Positions 18,344 through 28,525 of a stretch of 64,000 nt of DNA are shown here, piece by piece; within the stretch, counting starts at the first letter, position 1, and every line of letters starts with the position of its first letter. The notes beneath the pieces were generated by a model, which ran no database searches, was not told the origin of the DNA, and saw only the letters and a program-made list of their open reading frames with translations. Position numbers and translations under genes: made by a program. The DNA is from Alphaproteobacteria bacterium (GTDB lineage: Bacteria > Pseudomonadota > Alphaproteobacteria > DATDPM01). The DNA lies in contig JBGOXX010000001.1 in the NCBI GenBank assembly GCA_041479345.1, forward strand, positions 1,209 to 65,208. Direction: 5' to 3'.

Positions 18344-19453
18344 TTGCGGCATCGTGCCGCAATCGCGATAAGGCGGGCCACGACCGTGGCGGTTGCAGAC
18401 GTACTCACATCGCGCCGCATTTCCGCGGGCGCGGGAATTTCGCCGGAACCCGGATGGTTGACGCGCGGCCTCATTGCGCTCGACCGCCCCGGCCTGATCG
18501 CCGCCGTCAGCGTCGTCTCCATCGTCTTTTCGGAAATTATCGCAGGCATCATCAGCCTCACGATGCAGGGCACGATACCGGCGGTCGTCGTGGTAGCCGC
18601 CATCGTGACGCCGGGCATCGTGGCGCCGCTGGCGTCACTGCTGCTGGTCGCCGTCATCGATCACTTGAAACGTGAGGTCGACGACCGGAAGCGCGCCGAA
18701 GATGCGCTACGAATGGCCATTGAGATGGCCGAGCAGGCCAATCGCACGAAATCGACCTTTCTGGCCAATACCAGCCACGAATTGCGGACGCCGCTCAATG
18801 CCGTCATCGGCTTTTCCGATATGATTCGGGACGGCATGGGCAGCGGCGTTTCCTCCGACAAGCTGATCGAATACGCAACTCACATCAACGACTCCGGCCG
18901 TCATCTGCTGGCCGTGCTCAATGACATTCTCGATCTTTCAAAAGTTGAGGCCGGCAAGGTCGACCTCTTCGAGGAAGAAATCAATGTGGGCGCGATCATT
19001 CGCTCCTCCACGGCCCTGATGCGCGAGCGCGCCGATCACGGTTCCGTCGTGTTGGCGGCGGAGGTGCCGACAACCTTGCCGATGCTGTGGGCGGATCCCC
19101 GCAAACTCCGGCAGGTTCTGTTGAACCTGCTCTCGAACGCGATCAAATTCACCGCCGCCGGCGGCCAAGTGACGGTGGAAGCCGTCGCCGATTCGACCGG
19201 CGCCGTTTTCATTTCGGTGGCCGACACCGGCATCGGCATTGCCGCCAAGGATATCGCGCTGGCGCTTGCCCCCTTCAGCCAAGTCGACAGCGCACTCAAT
19301 CGCAAATTCGAAGGAACAGGGCTCGGTCTTCCCCTTGCCAAGGCCCTGGTCGAACTTCATCAAGGCCGGTTCGAGTTGGAAAGCGAGCCGGGCGTGGGGA
19401 CGACCGTCACCATATCGTTTCCGGCGGCGCGCGCCCGCCAGCGCGCGGCGTAA
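18344..19453 (+). CDS. membrane-bound sensor histidine kinase (HisKA + HATPase_c), PleC/DivJ/CckA-like core
   Basis: Two TM helices are followed by the H-box [24 protein letters not shown]1/G2 boxes and GTGLGLPLAKALVELHQG. The start is uncertain: TTG at 18344, with no early ATG. Confidence 0.85.
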   Translation: MRHRAAIAIRRATTVAVADVLTSRRISAGAGISPEPGWLTRGLIALDRPGLIAAVSVVSIVFSEIIAGIISLTMQGTIPAVVVVAAIVTPGIVAPLASLLLVAVIDHLKREVDDRKRAEDALRMAIEMAEQANRTKSTFLANTSHELRTPLNAVIGFSDMIRDGMGSGVSSDKLIEYATHINDSGRHLLAVLNDILDLSKVEAGKVDLFEEEINVGAIIRSSTALMRERADHGSVVLAAEVPTTLPMLWADPRKLRQVLLNLLSNAIKFTAAGGQVTVEAVADSTGAVFISVADTGIGIAAKDIALALAPFSQVDSALNRKFEGTGLGLPLAKALVELHQGRFELESEPGVGTTVTISFPAARARQRAA

Positions 19454-19507
19454 GATCCCGACGGTTTTTGCCCAACGGTTTCTGAGCGAAACTCACGCCC
19501 AAAATGA

Positions 19508-19543
19508 AAAGCCCGCGCGGCTTATGCCGCGCGGGCTTTTGCA
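19508..19543. terminator. bidirectional intrinsic terminator between the convergent kinase gene and cspA
   Basis: Perfect 11-bp GC stem gcccgcgcggc / gccgcgcgggc (19511-19521 and 19526-19536) with the 4-nt loop ttat. It is flanked by aaaa upstream and tttt downstream. Confidence 0.6.
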
Positions 19544-19579
19544 TCGACGGCTCCCACTGAGGGAGCCGAGAAACCGATA

Positions 19580-19792
19580 TTAGTCGGCAGGTCCGAGATC
19601 GACGGCCTTTGCACCGCGCGGCTCGTTCAGCACTTGGTAGGTCACGCGTTGACCTTCCATGAGCGAGCGCATGCCTGCACGTTCGACGGCCGTGATATGG
19701 ACGAACACATCCTTATCGCCCTGACCGGCGTCTGGGGTGATGAAGCCGTAGCCCTTGGTGGCATTGAACCACTTAACTGTTCCGGTAGCCAT
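19580..19792 (-). CDS. cspA: cold-shock protein, CspA family
   Basis: 70 aa with GTVKWFNATKGYGFITPD and the RNP motifs KGYGFI / VFVHI. Confidence 0.9.
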   Translation of the reverse strand: MATGTVKWFNATKGYGFITPDAGQGDKDVFVHITAVERAGMRSLMEGQRVTYQVLNEPRGAKAVDLGPAD

Positions 19793-20092
19793 GATTACTC
19801 CTTAATTTAACAAACAACAAAAACGCCGGCCGAGAGCGGCCGACGTTGTACGGGTCTCACAATTTCGGGAAGTAACCAGGCTAGGCCGGTTAGCTTTTAT
19901 GCATGGGCTCTGGAGCACGGTACGCCGATAACTTGTGTGACTTCGGGCCTTATATGGGCGGTTCTTTGCCGCCGCGCAACAAAAATCGACGATTATTAAC
20001 CGAGAACACCACAAGAACTCCCCGGGAAATCTGCGATTCGCGCGGGTAGCGGCGGGTTTCGCAAGAGCGTATGATTTTGGTGACGAGGGGCC
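19793..20092. promoter_or_regulatory. 300-bp divergent leader/promoter region, probably a long cspA 5' UTR
   Basis: Non-coding gap between the cspA start (19792) and the divergent CBS gene (20093). Cold-shock genes typically carry long structured 5' UTRs. Only spurious antisense ORFs cover it. Confidence 0.4.
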
Positions 20093-20536
20093 ATGAAGCA
20101 CAGAACCGTTTCGGAATTTGTGCGCGACCAAGTCGTCGCCGAACTTCCCCCCACCGCCACGGTGCGGGAAGCGGTTAGACTCATGGCCGACCGCCATATC
20201 GGCGCCGTCACGGTCACCGAAACGGGACGTCTGTCCGGCATCTTTACCGAACGCGACATGGTGAGCCGGGTCGCGGCACCGGGAAAGGACCCCGACCGCA
20301 CCACGCTCGCCGCCGTCATGACCGGGCATCCCCAGACGATTGCCGCGGATGCCTCGACCATCGAGGCTCTCCGGATAATGCAGGCGGGCGGGTTCCGTCA
20401 TTTGCCGGTCGTACATCACGGCAAACTTGTCGGCGTCTTGTCCTTGCGTGATTTCACCGGCACCGATTTGATCGAGATCGAACGCGCCTCCGATATCGAG
20501 CGGGCGGTGGCCGAAGGCGGGATACTCCACGACTGA
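20093..20536 (+). CDS. CBS domain-pair protein
   Basis: ATG at 20093 with a GACGAGGGG Shine-Dalgarno. Two CBS motifs are present (HIGAVTVTE...LSGIFTERD and RHLPVVHHGKLVGVLSLRD). Confidence 0.85.
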   Translation: MKHRTVSEFVRDQVVAELPPTATVREAVRLMADRHIGAVTVTETGRLSGIFTERDMVSRVAAPGKDPDRTTLAAVMTGHPQTIAADASTIEALRIMQAGGFRHLPVVHHGKLVGVLSLRDFTGTDLIEIERASDIERAVAEGGILHD

Positions 20537-20650
20537 CCGCCGGCCGCGGCTCGCCGGCTCCGCCGTTTTTCCTAATATTTCAATAAAATCCGCCGCCTCC
20601 AAATCAGGCAGTTTGTCTGCACATTAACGGCATCTTTACCGTCCGGAACG

Positions 20651-22903
20651 ATGATCCGCTGGGGGCAGACGCTCCGGCATCCCCCACAGGGTCCGGGGCC
20701 AGGCAGACGAGACGTTAACGTGCGAAAACAAACCGCGGAGCTCCGCGAAAATATCCGGGAGCCGGCTGATGCAGCCGCGCTCCCCATCGGTGTTCCGGAT
20801 TCATCGGCGGCCATGGCGGGCACCGAACGGATTCGCGACTTCGCGGAACTGGCCTCCGAATGGTTTTGGGAGACCGGGCCGGACCTCCGCTTTACCTTTC
20901 TGTCGGAGCGCTTCGAACAGATCACCGGACTTTCTCGCGACTCGGTCCTCGGCCATACCATCCTTGAAGCCGCCCGTGCCGATCTGCGCGATCCGCGTTG
21001 GCAGCGCCATCTTGAAGATTTCTTAGCTCAGCGCCCGTTTCACGATTTCCAATTCGCGACCCAGCTGCCATCCGGAGAAACCCGGCAGTTGCGGGTCAAC
21101 GGCAAGCCCTACCACGATACCCAGGGACGGTATCTCGGCTATCGCGGAACCGGTTCCGATGTGACCGATTCCGAGCGCACTCATGAAAGCCTGTTTGCGG
21201 TCAAAGCGCGGCTCGAACATCTGCTCAACACCAGCCCCGCGATGATCTACAGCTTCAAGGCAGGCGACAATCACGCCGCGACGTTTGCCAGTAACAACAT
21301 CAAGACACAGCTCGGCCACGACCCCCACGAATTCCTCGACGACCCCGGATTCTGGACTCAGCACATCCATCCCGAGGATGCGCCGCGCGTGTTCGCCGAT
21401 ATGGCGAAGTTGTTCAAAAACGGCCGCCATTCTCAAGAATACCGGTTCCGTCACAAGGACGGCAGCTACCGTTGGATGCGCGACGAGTTGGTTCTCGTCG
21501 AAGACAATGACGGAACACCGTTGGAGGTTGTCGGCTATTGGGTCGACATCACCGACCGCAAGCGGGCCGAAGAGGCAGTCCGGGAGAGCGAAAAGGCGCT
21601 GAAGCGGACGAACCGCGCCCTGCAAGCCGTCAGCGAATGCAACGAGGCGCTGGTTCGAATCACCAACGAATCGGAACTCTTGCGCGAGGTGTGCCGTATC
21701 ATCGTCCAATCCCGCAATCATCGTATGGCTTGGGTCGGCCTGACGGAAAATGACGAGGCAAAGACGGTCAGGCCCGCCGCGAACTGGGGTTCGGACGACG
21801 GCTATCTGAGCGAAATCAAGGTGAGTTGGGACGATCACGCGAAGGACCTGGGCCCGGTCGCCCGCGCGATCGTGACCGGCAAGCCTTATGTCGTCCGGGA
21901 CACGGCGAGCGATTCGAATTTCGCGGCGTGGCGCGACGCGGCCTTGAAGCGCGGATTCCTTTCGGTCATCGCCCTGCCGCTGCAAGTCAACGATCGGCCG
22001 ATCGGCTGCTTGGCCATTTATGCGCCCGCCTCCGATGCCTTCGATGACGTGGAAGTCAGGCTCTTGGCCGGCCTCGCCGACAATCTCGCCTATGGCATTT
22101 CCACGATCCGGACGCGCGCCGACCGGGCCCGGGCCGAAGACGCCGTCCGGGAATATGCCGAAAAGCTCGAACGAAGCAATCGCGAGCTCCAGGATTTCGC
22201 CTATGTGGCATCGCACGATCTTCAGGAGCCGCTGCGGAAGATCGAAGCCTTCGGCGACCGGCTCAAAACGAAATGCTCCAGTACTCTTGGCGAAGACGGT
22301 CAGCTTTACCTCGATCGCATGCAACGCGCATCCGCGCGCATGCGGGCTCTGATCAATAGCTTGCTCACCTATTCCCGCATCACGACGAAAGCTCAACCCT
22401 TCGAAGTCCTGAACTTGACCGAGGCGGCGAAGGACGCGGCGTCCGATCTTCAGATGCGCATCGAGAAAGAAAACGGGCGTGTCGAAATCGCCGACATGCC
22501 GACGATCGATGCCGATGCGACGCAAATGCGGCAGCTCTTCCTCAACCTGATCGGCAACGGCCTCAAATTCCATAAGGCGGAGGAAGCCCCGGTCGTTCGC
22601 GTTTCGGCCGAACTCTGCGGCCGCGACGGCGGCCCGATCGACGGCGCCGATCCGCAGGATCAGTGGTGCCGCATTGCCATCGCCGACAACGGAATCGGCT
22701 TCGACGAAAAATACACCCACCGAATCTTCAGCATGTTTCAGCGGCTGCATGGCCGCAACGAATACGAAGGCACGGGGATCGGACTTGCGACCTGCCGCAA
22801 AATTGTCGAGCGGCATGGTGGCTCGATCACCGCCAAGACGGCGCCTGGAATGGGTGCCACGTTCATTGTGCTAGTTCCGGCACGTCAGGCCCATAAGGAG
22901 TAA
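20651..22903 (+). CDS. PAS-PAS-GAF sensor histidine kinase (phytochrome-type HisKA with the ASHDLQEPLR H-box)
   Basis: PAS repeats, a GAF domain, the H-box YVASHDLQEPLRKI, and an HATPase_c region (IADNGIGFDEKYTHRIF, GTGIGLATCRKIVERHGG). An alternative start lies at 20813. Confidence 0.85.
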   Translation: MIRWGQTLRHPPQGPGPGRRDVNVRKQTAELRENIREPADAAALPIGVPDSSAAMAGTERIRDFAELASEWFWETGPDLRFTFLSERFEQITGLSRDSVLGHTILEAARADLRDPRWQRHLEDFLAQRPFHDFQFATQLPSGETRQLRVNGKPYHDTQGRYLGYRGTGSDVTDSERTHESLFAVKARLEHLLNTSPAMIYSFKAGDNHAATFASNNIKTQLGHDPHEFLDDPGFWTQHIHPEDAPRVFADMAKLFKNGRHSQEYRFRHKDGSYRWMRDELVLVEDNDGTPLEVVGYWVDITDRKRAEEAVRESEKALKRTNRALQAVSECNEALVRITNESELLREVCRIIVQSRNHRMAWVGLTENDEAKTVRPAANWGSDDGYLSEIKVSWDDHAKDLGPVARAIVTGKPYVVRDTASDSNFAAWRDAALKRGFLSVIALPLQVNDRPIGCLAIYAPASDAFDDVEVRLLAGLADNLAYGISTIRTRADRARAEDAVREYAEKLERSNRELQDFAYVASHDLQEPLRKIEAFGDRLKTKCSSTLGEDGQLYLDRMQRASARMRALINSLLTYSRITTKAQPFEVLNLTEAAKDAASDLQMRIEKENGRVEIADMPTIDADATQMRQLFLNLIGNGLKFHKAEEAPVVRVSAELCGRDGGPIDGADPQDQWCRIAIADNGIGFDEKYTHRIFSMFQRLHGRNEYEGTGIGLATCRKIVERHGGSITAKTAPGMGATFIVLVPARQAHKE

Positions 22904-22908
22904 CCTCG

Positions 22909-23376
22909 ATGAAAGCCAATGGAAAACCCATCATCATCCTGATGGCGGATGATGATTCCGACGACCGCATGCTGGTCAAGGACGCGTTCGAAGAAAGCCG
23001 CCTCAACAACGATTTGCACTTCGTCGAGGACGGCGAGCAGCTCATCGATTACCTGTACCGTCGCGGAAATTTTGCCCACCTCAAGGGCCAGCCTTATCCG
23101 GGCCTCATCCTTCTCGACCTCAACATGCCGAAGAAAGACGGACGCGAGGCCTTGGCGGAAATCAAGAGCGATCCGGACCTACGCCGCATCCCGATCGTGA
23201 TTCTGACGACCTCGCGGGCGGAAGAAGACATTCTGCGGACCTACGATCTCGGCGCGAACTCCTTCATCACCAAGCCGGTGACGTTCGAAAGCCTGGTTCA
23301 GGTGGTGCAGGTTCTCGGCAATTATTGGGTCGAGATCGTCGAGCTTCCTTCGATCTGCGCGCCGGCGGCCGCGTAA
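22909..23376 (+). CDS. single-domain response regulator (CheY/Rcp1-like receiver)
   Basis: ATG at 22909 is preceded by the AAGGAG Shine-Dalgarno at 22895-22900. Receiver motifs are ILMADDDSDD, ILLDLNMPKKDG and a T...K pattern. Confidence 0.9.
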   Translation: MKANGKPIIILMADDDSDDRMLVKDAFEESRLNNDLHFVEDGEQLIDYLYRRGNFAHLKGQPYPGLILLDLNMPKKDGREALAEIKSDPDLRRIPIVILTTSRAEEDILRTYDLGANSFITKPVTFESLVQVVQVLGNYWVEIVELPSICAPAAA

Positions 23377-23397
23377 ACCAAACCGATAACCGAACCG

Positions 23398-24597
23398 ATG
23401 CCGGCCGCACCCATCCGCATCCTGCTCGTTGAGGACGATGAGGACGATTACCTCATCACCCGCGATCTCCTGTCCGAGATCGCGGACGTCCAATACGACA
23501 TCAAATGGGCGCCGACGTTCGACGACGGTTTGGCCGCACTTGACTGCGACGCCGACAGCCCGCCGACCTTTGACATTTGCTTGATCGATTACCGGCTCGG
23601 CGAAAAGAGCGGCATCGATCTGCTGCGCACGACCGTTCAGCGCGGATGCCTGATGCCGGTCATTTTGCTGACCGGGGCCGGCGACCGGGATATCGATATG
23701 GCGGCGATGGAAGCCGGCGCCGCGGACTTCCTCGACAAGACGACGTTGACCGCCCCGTTGCTGGATCGTTCGATCCGTTATGCGATCGCCCAGTCACGGG
23801 ATCGCCGGGCGCTGATCGAGAAATCCCATTCGCTGTCTTCGGCGAAGGAACAAGCCGAGATCGCCAATCGCGCCAAGTCGGAATTCCTCGCCAATATGAG
23901 TCACGAGCTGCGCACGCCGCTCAACGCCATCATCGGGTTTTCCGAGATCATGAAGGACGAGCTCTCGGGACCGATCAACAATCCCTATTACCGCGAATAT
24001 GTGCGCGACATTTACGCCAGCGCCAACCATCTGCTCGAAGTCATCAACGACATCCTCGACGTGTCGAAGGTCGAAGCCGGCAAAATCGAGCTTCAGGAAT
24101 CGCCGGTCGAAATCGATTCGACGATTCAAGCGGCGGTGCGGCTGGTCATCGAGCGCGCCCGCGAAGCCGATATCCGCGTCGATGTGACTTTGCCGCAGCC
24201 CTTGCCCCGGCTTTACGCCGATGCCCGCCGCGTCAAGCAGATGATGCTCAATTTACTGTCGAACGCCGTGAAATTTACGCCGGCGGGCGGAAGCGTCAAA
24301 GTCAACGCCCATGCCGACGATACCGGGCTTTCGATCTCGGTGGCCGATACCGGCATCGGCATCGCCGAAGACAAGATCGCGCTGGTCTTCACGCCGTTCG
24401 CGCAAGTCGACGGTTCGTTGAAGCGCCGCTATGAAGGCACCGGCCTCGGCTTGTCGCTAACCAAGGGATTGATCGAGATGCATGGCGGAACGATCGTGAT
24501 GGAAAGCGCGCCGGGGCAGGGGACCACGGTCACGCTGTGGTTCCCCCGTGAGCGCCTGGTTTCCGAAACGGCAGTCCCGGCGGCGCGCACCGCGTAA
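23398..24597 (+). CDS. hybrid REC-HisKA-HATPase histidine kinase (N-terminal receiver)
   Basis: Receiver domain ([10 protein letters not shown]...LIDYRLG) followed by the H-box [21 protein letters not shown] and an HATPase_c region [18 protein letters not shown]. Confidence 0.9.
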   Translation: MPAAPIRILLVEDDEDDYLITRDLLSEIADVQYDIKWAPTFDDGLAALDCDADSPPTFDICLIDYRLGEKSGIDLLRTTVQRGCLMPVILLTGAGDRDIDMAAMEAGAADFLDKTTLTAPLLDRSIRYAIAQSRDRRALIEKSHSLSSAKEQAEIANRAKSEFLANMSHELRTPLNAIIGFSEIMKDELSGPINNPYYREYVRDIYASANHLLEVINDILDVSKVEAGKIELQESPVEIDSTIQAAVRLVIERAREADIRVDVTLPQPLPRLYADARRVKQMMLNLLSNAVKFTPAGGSVKVNAHADDTGLSISVADTGIGIAEDKIALVFTPFAQVDGSLKRRYEGTGLGLSLTKGLIEMHGGTIVMESAPGQGTTVTLWFPRERLVSETAVPAARTA

Positions 24598-24661
24598 CGC
24601 CGGTACTGCCATATCCAACGCTTGAGGGTTCCCGGCCCTCGCGCCGTTGAAAGGACGGCAA

Positions 24662-26593
24662 ATGGCCCATTCCGGCTACGATGTCATGGCGAACTTCGCC
24701 GACGCGCAATCGACGGAACCATTTGGCGCGCTCTTCGACAACGACTTCCAGCCGATGCTCCTGATCGACCCGGAAACGACGGCGATCGTCGACGCCAACA
24801 GCGCAGCCTGCGCATTTTACGGGTACAGCCGAGCCGAGTTCGTCCGTCTCAAGAAGACGAACATCAACGTGGCGCCGGAATCCGAGATAAGAGACCTGGT
24901 CAAGAACGCGGTCGTGGGCCACCACACGCGATCTCAACTCCAACATCGTCTGGCCAATGGCGATATCCGCGACGTCGAAGACTGGATCGGGATCGTCGCC
25001 GTCGGCCGGCGGCAACTGCTCTGCTCGATCGTCCGGGACGTCACGGACCAGCGGCGCACCGAAGCGGCGTTGCGGGCGAGCCAGGTGATGCTCGCCACGG
25101 CCGAGCGCATCGCCCAAGTCGGCAGCTGGGATTGGGATATTGCTGGAAATACCTTGGTCTGGTCCGAGGAACAGTGCCGCTTGTTCGGCTACGCGCCGGA
25201 GGACTTCAACGAAAAGTACGAAGGCTGGATGGTGTGCATCCATCCCGACGACCGGAAACGCGTGCAGGAGGCGATCGACGCCGCGGTGGCCGGCCAGAAG
25301 GTCTACGACATCGAATATCCGATCATCGGCCCGGGCGGCACCAAGCGATTCATTCACGCCAGAGGCGAAGTGTTCCAGGACAAGGACGGCAAATCGGTTC
25401 GCATGGTGGGGACCTGCCACAACATTACCGAGCGCCGGTCCGCCGAGGAAACGCTCCGTCAATCGCAAAAGCTCGAATCGGTCGGCCAATTGACCGGCGG
25501 CATCGCCCACGATTTCAACAATCTGCTGGGTGTCATTATCGGCAATCTGGACCTGATCCTCGACCGGAGGAAGCTCGACGCCGGTCTCAAAAAATTAGTC
25601 CAGGCCGCCCTCGATGCCGCGTTGCGCGGCGGCGATCTCACCCAGCGCCTGCTCGCGTTTTCGCGCAAGCAAACCCTGCAATCCAAAGTCATTTATCTCG
25701 GCGAGCGGTTGATTCAGGCCGGCACCTTGTTGCGGCGGACGCTGGGCGAGCAGATCACCGTGAAGGTCCGCGCCGCACCCGATCTCTGGCCCGTGGTCGC
25801 GGATTCCTCGCAAATCGACAATGTGATTCTCAATTTGGCGATCAATGCCCGCGACGCGATGCCCAAAGGCGGGGCCATCACCATCGACGTGTCCAATGTC
25901 CGGTTCGACGCGGACTATGCCGCCCGGAATGTCGAAGTCATTTTGGGCGATTACGTCCTTCTTGCCGTCACCGATACCGGCGAGGGCATGCCGCCGGACG
26001 TGCTCGAGCGCGTCTTCGAGCCGTTTTTCACGACCAAAGAGGTCGGCAAGGGATCGGGTCTTGGCCTCAGCATGGTCTACGGCTTCGTCAAGCAATCGAA
26101 CGGGCACATCAAGATCGAGAGCGCGGTTGGCCACGGCACGAGTGTGAACATCTACTTGCCGCGCGCCGCTGCGGCCGCCGCCGCCGAGGCGGCGCCCGAA
26201 AATCGAAATGTGAATCTATCCGCCAATGGCGAAGTGATCCTGGTGGTCGAAGACAATGACAGCGTGCGCGCCGTCGCCGTCAATCAACTGGCCAGTCTCG
26301 GCTATCGGACGTTGAAGGCGGAAAGCGGCGAAGCGGCTCTCGCCTTGCTCGACAAGCATCCCGAAATCGATCTGATGTTCTCGGACGTGGTCATGCGCGG
26401 CGGAATGAACGGCTATGAGCTGGCGCTCGAAGCCTGCAAGCGCCGCCCCGGCCTCAGGGTTCTTCTGACCTCCGGCTGTGAAATGAAATCCGCCGACGGC
26501 CTCGACGGTGTCGAGAAATTCGAACTGCTGAAAAAACCCTATCGCAAGCGCGATCTCGCCCAAATGCTCTGCCACCTTCTGGCGCTGAATTAG
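24662..26593 (+). CDS. PAS/PAC sensor hybrid histidine kinase with a C-terminal receiver
   Basis: ATG at 24662 with an AAGGA Shine-Dalgarno; the ORF track starts at TTG 24647. Two PAS/PAC domains, the H-box [14 protein letters not shown], HATPase_c, and a C-terminal REC ([11 protein letters not shown]...[13 protein letters not shown]). Confidence 0.85.
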   Translation: MAHSGYDVMANFADAQSTEPFGALFDNDFQPMLLIDPETTAIVDANSAACAFYGYSRAEFVRLKKTNINVAPESEIRDLVKNAVVGHHTRSQLQHRLANGDIRDVEDWIGIVAVGRRQLLCSIVRDVTDQRRTEAALRASQVMLATAERIAQVGSWDWDIAGNTLVWSEEQCRLFGYAPEDFNEKYEGWMVCIHPDDRKRVQEAIDAAVAGQKVYDIEYPIIGPGGTKRFIHARGEVFQDKDGKSVRMVGTCHNITERRSAEETLRQSQKLESVGQLTGGIAHDFNNLLGVIIGNLDLILDRRKLDAGLKKLVQAALDAALRGGDLTQRLLAFSRKQTLQSKVIYLGERLIQAGTLLRRTLGEQITVKVRAAPDLWPVVADSSQIDNVILNLAINARDAMPKGGAITIDVSNVRFDADYAARNVEVILGDYVLLAVTDTGEGMPPDVLERVFEPFFTTKEVGKGSGLGLSMVYGFVKQSNGHIKIESAVGHGTSVNIYLPRAAAAAAAEAAPENRNVNLSANGEVILVVEDNDSVRAVAVNQLASLGYRTLKAESGEAALALLDKHPEIDLMFSDVVMRGGMNGYELALEACKRRPGLRVLLTSGCEMKSADGLDGVEKFELLKKPYRKRDLAQMLCHLLALN

Positions 26594-26637
26594 ACTCCGG
26601 ACAGTCCTGCTCTTGCTGCGTTCGCGGTTCGTGAAAC

Positions 26638-26727
26638 TGGCGGATGGGGTGAGATTTGAACTCACGGAACCCTTGCGGGTTCTCCGGTTTTCAAGACCGG
26701 TGCCTTAAACCGCTCGGCCACCCATCC
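26638..26727 (-). tRNA. tRNA-Ser (anticodon TGA), type II with a long variable arm, CCA encoded
   Basis: Reverse strand: GGATGGG acceptor / CCCATCC, D-arm GCCGAGCGGTTTAAGGC, anticodon stem CCGGT/ACCGG with loop CTTGAAA (UGA anticodon), an 18-nt variable arm, T-arm GTGAG TTCAAAT CTCAC, discriminator G and CCA. Confidence 0.85.
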
Positions 26728-27002
26728 CGCTTGTCGAGCCATGGCTTAACAATTCCGGCGCAGGCAGGGAAGGGGCGATTGGCTGCGTTACCGATTGAGA
26801 AGAGCGTAGGAATAGGGAGAATTGTTGGTTGGTGATCCGGCAATGGGTCGATGCGGCCCAGATTTCGGCGCTCACTCGCGCGCCACAAGCAGACGCGAAT
26901 AGCGCTCGACCGCGCAATCGGTCGCGGTAGGTCATGGGGGTGAGTGCTACAGCTACACCTCTGTTATAAGTGATTCTTCGAATCCCGGCGGGGCCAATTA
27001 CC

Positions 27003-27662
27003 ATGCCATCCAGACCGGCGGCTGCCGCCGAACCTATTCCGATCGAGCAGCTTGAGACCAAGCGGCTTCAGGTCAAACGCCTTTCGCGCCGGAGCCTGCC
27101 ACGAGATACGGCCGCGCTGGCACGTTTCCTCATCGGCAAGACGCTGGTTCACGACAGCGCCGAGGGAAGAATGAGCGGCCGCATCGTCGAAACCGAGGCC
27201 TATCCGCCCGGCGATTCCAGCGGCCACGCCTTCATCGGCCCGACCACGCGGAACCGCTCGCTGTTCCTCAAACACGGCCACGCTTACGTCTATTTGGGCT
27301 ACGGCGTTTGGTTTTTGCTCAACGTATCGAGCGAATCCCCTGGTGTGGGCGCCGGCGTTCTGCTGCGCGCCGTCGAACCCCTGGAAGGAATCGAATTGAT
27401 GCAGCGCCATCGCGGCACCCTGCGGCTGCGGGATTTGGCGCGCGGCCCCGGCCGGCTTGCCGCGGCGTTTGGGATCGACCGAAAATTCGACGGCACGGAT
27501 TTATGCGGGAAGGGACCGCTCTGGCTCGGCACGGCGGTGGCTCCTGTCGGCCGCATCGGCGCCAGCCCGCGCATCGGCATCTCGCGGGAGATCAACCGGC
27601 GCTTACGTTTTTATGAGCGCGGCAATCCCCATGTGAGCGGACCGAAGCGGCTGACAGTCTGA
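27003..27662 (+). CDS. DNA-3-methyladenine glycosylase (Mpg/AAG family)
   Basis: LPRDTAALARFLIGKTLVH...GRIVETEAYPPGDSSGHAF...LFLKHGHAYVY is the typical Mpg family core. ATG at 27003; the ORF track starts at GTG 26970. Confidence 0.8.
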   Translation: MPSRPAAAAEPIPIEQLETKRLQVKRLSRRSLPRDTAALARFLIGKTLVHDSAEGRMSGRIVETEAYPPGDSSGHAFIGPTTRNRSLFLKHGHAYVYLGYGVWFLLNVSSESPGVGAGVLLRAVEPLEGIELMQRHRGTLRLRDLARGPGRLAAAFGIDRKFDGTDLCGKGPLWLGTAVAPVGRIGASPRIGISREINRRLRFYERGNPHVSGPKRLTV

Positions 27663-27704
27663 ATTACGCTGATTGCGCCGCGACGACGATGCGGCGGCGT
27701 GAAC

Positions 27705-28133
27705 TTACGATCGGGCTAGCTTGGCGGGGAGGCTCCCGGCATTTTCCACGCCGCCTTCGGCCAGCCAAACCAATGCCTGTTCGCAGGTATTGAAGGTCGC
27801 GAAATTGTGCGTTTTGAAATGAACGGCGATAGCCTTGACGACCTGGTCCGTCCATTCGTCGCGCGAAACAATGGCGATGCGTTTGCCGTTATCGTTTTTT
27901 CCGTTGGCAAACTCATACCATCGGTTCGAAATTTCTCTGACATCGTCAATTCCGATGGAGCCCGTATACAGCGTTTGGTCGGTGAGGCAATTGTAGGTAA
28001 GAACTTCCGGGTGCCGGCGCCAGATTTCCGGAATCTGCGAAACCGCCATCTCTCCGGTCACGTCCCCAGTGTAACGAGTGGTCAGCAGACGGCGCTGATG
28101 ATCAATCTCCCAGGTAATCTCCGACACTGGCAT
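27705..28133 (-). CDS. hypothetical protein, weakly STAS/SpoIIAA-like (DUF3478-like)
   Basis: The C-terminal pattern RIAIVSRDEWTDQVVKAIAVHFKTHNFATF...ALVWL resembles the SpoIIAA-like DUF3478 family from memory. No enzymatic motifs were found. The start is uncertain (28133 or 28163). Confidence 0.45.
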   Translation of the reverse strand: MPVSEITWEIDHQRRLLTTRYTGDVTGEMAVSQIPEIWRRHPEVLTYNCLTDQTLYTGSIGIDDVREISNRWYEFANGKNDNGKRIAIVSRDEWTDQVVKAIAVHFKTHNFATFNTCEQALVWLAEGGVENAGSLPAKLARS

Positions 28134-28283
28134 CCCCCGAAGCACAGACAGAGCGGCACACAATCTAACGGTGCCAGCACCGGCGGACCAGCTAAGAAAT
28201 CAGTTGAGTAAAATATGATAAGTCGGTTGTATTTTTAGAAGTTTTCCAGCCGGAACCTATGACCGGCAGGGGCCGGCGCGATG

Positions 28284-28481
28284 TCAACCATTGCGGTTCG
28301 CGTCTATAGGCACGCAATCGTGGCGGCCGGACAAAAAGCAATCTTGAACCTTCCTATCCGCAGCTAAGTTTTGAACCTGCCGGTAGCCGCCGAGGATCAA
28401 CAGCAAGACGATGATCGCGGCCCCGATATTGGCCGCAACGACAGATCGATCGTCGTTGCGGCCGTTTCGGTCATCGGACAT
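28284..28481 (-). CDS. possible small single-TM membrane protein (65 aa)
   Basis: ATG at 28481 with an AGGAA-like Shine-Dalgarno. One hydrophobic helix (AAIIVLLLILGG). It lies downstream of, and co-oriented with, the secreted His-rich protein gene. Support is weak. Confidence 0.2.
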   Translation of the reverse strand: MSDDRNGRNDDRSVVAANIGAAIIVLLLILGGYRQVQNLAADRKVQDCFLSGRHDCVPIDANRNG

Positions 28482-28525
28482 TTTCCTGATCGCGTTTCCG
28501 GTCGCGCGCCATGCAAACGGCTGGG

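Noticed and set aside
19802-20602. 266-aa reverse ORF across the cspA leader and the CBS gene.
   Set aside because: It is antisense to a CBS-pair protein with a strong Shine-Dalgarno and clear motifs. It would also run through the presumed cspA regulatory leader.
20651-22903. Considered calling the PAS-GAF kinase a bacteriophytochrome photoreceptor.
   Set aside because: It has a PAS-PAS-GAF order rather than PAS-GAF-PHY. No clear bilin-binding Cys/His context was recognisable. Only the H-box and the downstream Rcp-like receiver resemble phytochrome systems.
26594-27000. Checked for a CRISPR array, integrase or attachment-site duplicate around tRNA-Ser.
   Set aside because: There are no regularly spaced repeats and no recombinase-like ORF. 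No second copy of the tRNA 3' end was noticed by eye, though a systematic search was not possible.
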